A stretch of 64,000 nucleotides of DNA from Mobula hypostoma (Eukaryota), in NCBI RefSeq assembly GCF_963921235.1, contig NC_086098.1:2666001-2730000 (forward strand). Reading direction: 5' to 3'. Under the pieces are notes generated by a model. The model saw only the letters and a list, made by a program, of their open reading frames with translations, was not told the DNA's origin and did not search any database. Made by a program: the position numbers and the translations under genes. Shown here piece by piece: positions 62,091 through 64,000 of this stretch (position 1 is its first letter; every line of letters begins with the position of its first letter).

Positions 62091-62619
62091 GTGGTACTGT
62101 TATTTTGTTTAGTTCCATTGATCAGCATAAAACTCCATTACCCTCACATCAATCTTCCTTACCAACACTGATTTTGTTACATATTTATTTAGAGATACAA
62201 CACAGTAACTAACAGGTTTTTCCAGCCCAACAGGCCTGTAACACCCAATTACGCCCATGTGACCAATAACCTATTAACGCATACGTCTTTGGACTGTGGG
62301 AGGAAGCCTGCATGGCCATGGGAAGATGGTAGAAATTCCTCAACCTGTCCAGCAAATACAGTTACACTTGCTGACAGACTTCACCTTCCTGAACATGCTG
62401 TAAGATATTTCTCTTTCTTTGGTATTACTTTTGACCATCATGTTTAAACAGTGAAATTATTTGCTATGTTGTAGTCTCACATCAGAGCGGGAAGAACACT
62501 CGAACTGTGAGGTTTAGTACCTTTTGATTAATGACACCACCAATTGATTACACTCTTTCTTTAGCTTTCTCTTGAGCTTAGTGGCTCCTTCCGCAGAAAT
62601 AAGAGGAAAGAAAAAGCCA

Positions 62620-63850
62620 TAAACACAAGAGGTTCTGCAGATGCAGGAAATCCAGAGCATCGCACACAAAATGCTAAAGGAGATCAGCAGGTCAGGCGGC
62701 TTCTATGGAGAGGAATAAACAGTCGACGTTAGGGCCGAGACTTTTCTTCAGGACTGGAAAGGAAGGGGCAAGACAACACAATAAAAGGGCGGTGGGAGGG
62801 GAAGGAAGATAACTGGAAGGTGATTGATGAAGCCAGGTGGATTGGAGAGGAAAGAATCTGATAGATGGAGAAAGGGAATGAGGAGGGGCACCAAGTGGAA
62901 GTGATAGGCTGGTGATGAGAAGAGACAAGAGGCCAGAGTGGGGAATAGAAAAAGAGGGAAGTGGGAGGGAAAATATGACCAGAAGGAGAAAACGATGATC
63001 ATCAGGTGGGAGGCTACCCAGACAGAAGATGAGGTGTTGCTCCTCAACCCTCTGTGTGGCAAAGCTGAGGCCATAGACTGACATGTTGAAATGAGAATGG
63101 GGATACGAATTAAAATGGCTGGCCACTGGGAAATTCCACTTTTGGTGAATGGAACGGAGGTGCTCAACAAAGTGGTCCCCCAAATTATGTTGGGTCTCAC
63201 CGATGTAGGTGGATGCTTTCCTGGTGTCATGGATTCTTGACTACCTGACTGGCAGACCACAGTAGGTGTGCTTGCAACACTGTGTGTCCGACAGAGTGAT
63301 CAGCAGCACTGGGGCTCCACAAGGGACTGTCTTGTCTCCCGTTCTCTTCACCATTTACACCTCGGACTTCAACTACTGCACAGAGTCTTGTCATCTTCAG
63401 AAGTTTTCGGATGACTCTGCCGTAGCTGGATGCATCAGCAAGGGAGATGAGGAAGGTGGGCACAGGAGTACATTCAGCCAGAGACTCATTCCACTGAGAT
63501 GCAGCACAGAGCGTCATAGGAAGTCATTCCTGCCTGTGGCCATCAAACTTTCCAACTTCTTCCTTGGAGGGTCAGACACCCTGAGCCAATAGGCTGGTCC
63601 TGGACTTATTTCATAATTTCCTGGCATAATTTACATATTACTATTTAACTATTTATGGTTCTATTACTATTTATTATTTATGGTGCAACTGTAACGAAAA
63701 CCAATTTCCCCCGGGATCAATAAAGTATGACTATGACTATGACTATGACTATGTAAAGGAGGCTGTATTGGAGCACCAGATACATCAACAATCCCCACAG
63801 GGGAAGTGTTACTTCACCTGGAAGGATGGCTTGGGGCCTTGAATGGAGAT
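62620..63850 (-). mobile_element. Penelope-like element 3' part with GIY-YIG endonuclease remnant, split by Rex1
   Basis: IQGPK.SFQVK..F.C...LLY|IGET...GDHFVEHLRSI...PVASHFNS...EEQHLIFCLGSL; terminal module with hammerhead 62720-62756. Confidence 0.85.
63208..63750 (+). mobile_element. Rex1 (TATGAC)n family, internally deleted
   Basis: TGAPQGTVLSPVLF...QKFSDDSA fused to GGHRSTFSQRL; TSD atgta (63203-63207 and 63751-63755). Confidence 0.9.
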
Positions 63851-64000
63851 GAGGGGGGAGGGATTGAGAAAAGGGGTGAGGCAGAGACAAAGTCTTTTCC
63901 CTTTTTCCCAGTTTTTATCGTCTCTGCCACATTTGTTCCCAGAATGAGGCTTTCCTTTGTGGGGCATCAGAGACGTCCTTCTGCTTCCAGGAGCCGGGTT

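Larger units (their letters stand above)
60536..62620. repeat. Old inverted duplication (arms ~60536-61445, interrupted, and ~62340-62620)
   Basis: Reverse-complement matches including a perfect 28-mer aggaaggtgaagtctgtcagcaagtgta. Confidence 0.85.

Noticed and set aside
63880..63930. ggcagagac...gtctctgcc hairpin as a miRNA or terminator
   Set aside because: Only a 9-bp stem with a long unpaired loop; insufficient evidence.

Overview
This is eukaryotic, repeat-dominated DNA with no prokaryotic genes, operons, CRISPR arrays, rRNA or tRNA genes. The repeat repertoire points to a cartilaginous fish, probably a ray (inference): CR1 LINEs with an SGNH/GDSL-esterase ORF1, HE1-like V-SINEs, Rex1/Babar, RTE and Penelope elements, and Tc1, hAT and Harbinger non-autonomous DNA transposons. 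Nearly every long ORF in the track is a LINE reverse-transcriptase/endonuclease fragment or its antisense shadow. I could not identify a host protein-coding gene, only weak candidate exons, so the window looks like a large intron or gene desert. Main observations: (1) Penelope termini carry a minimal type-I hammerhead ribozyme motif in several decayed copies; (2) an old ~300-bp inverted duplication at 60.5-62.6 kb is hidden by later TE insertions; (3) two Tc1 families end in ~50-70-bp TIR-TIR mini-hairpins, one forming a composite that captured a LINE tail; (4) several bipartite (5'+3') non-autonomous retroposons are present; (5) TE nesting is multi-level with readable junctions; (6) two minisatellites appear to derive from CR1 3' UTRs; (7) a CpG-retaining enhancer-like island lies at ~58.3 kb. 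I found no convincing wholly new biological system. Coordinates were read by eye and are approximate except where TSDs or TIRs are quoted. Family names come from motif recognition, not database searches.
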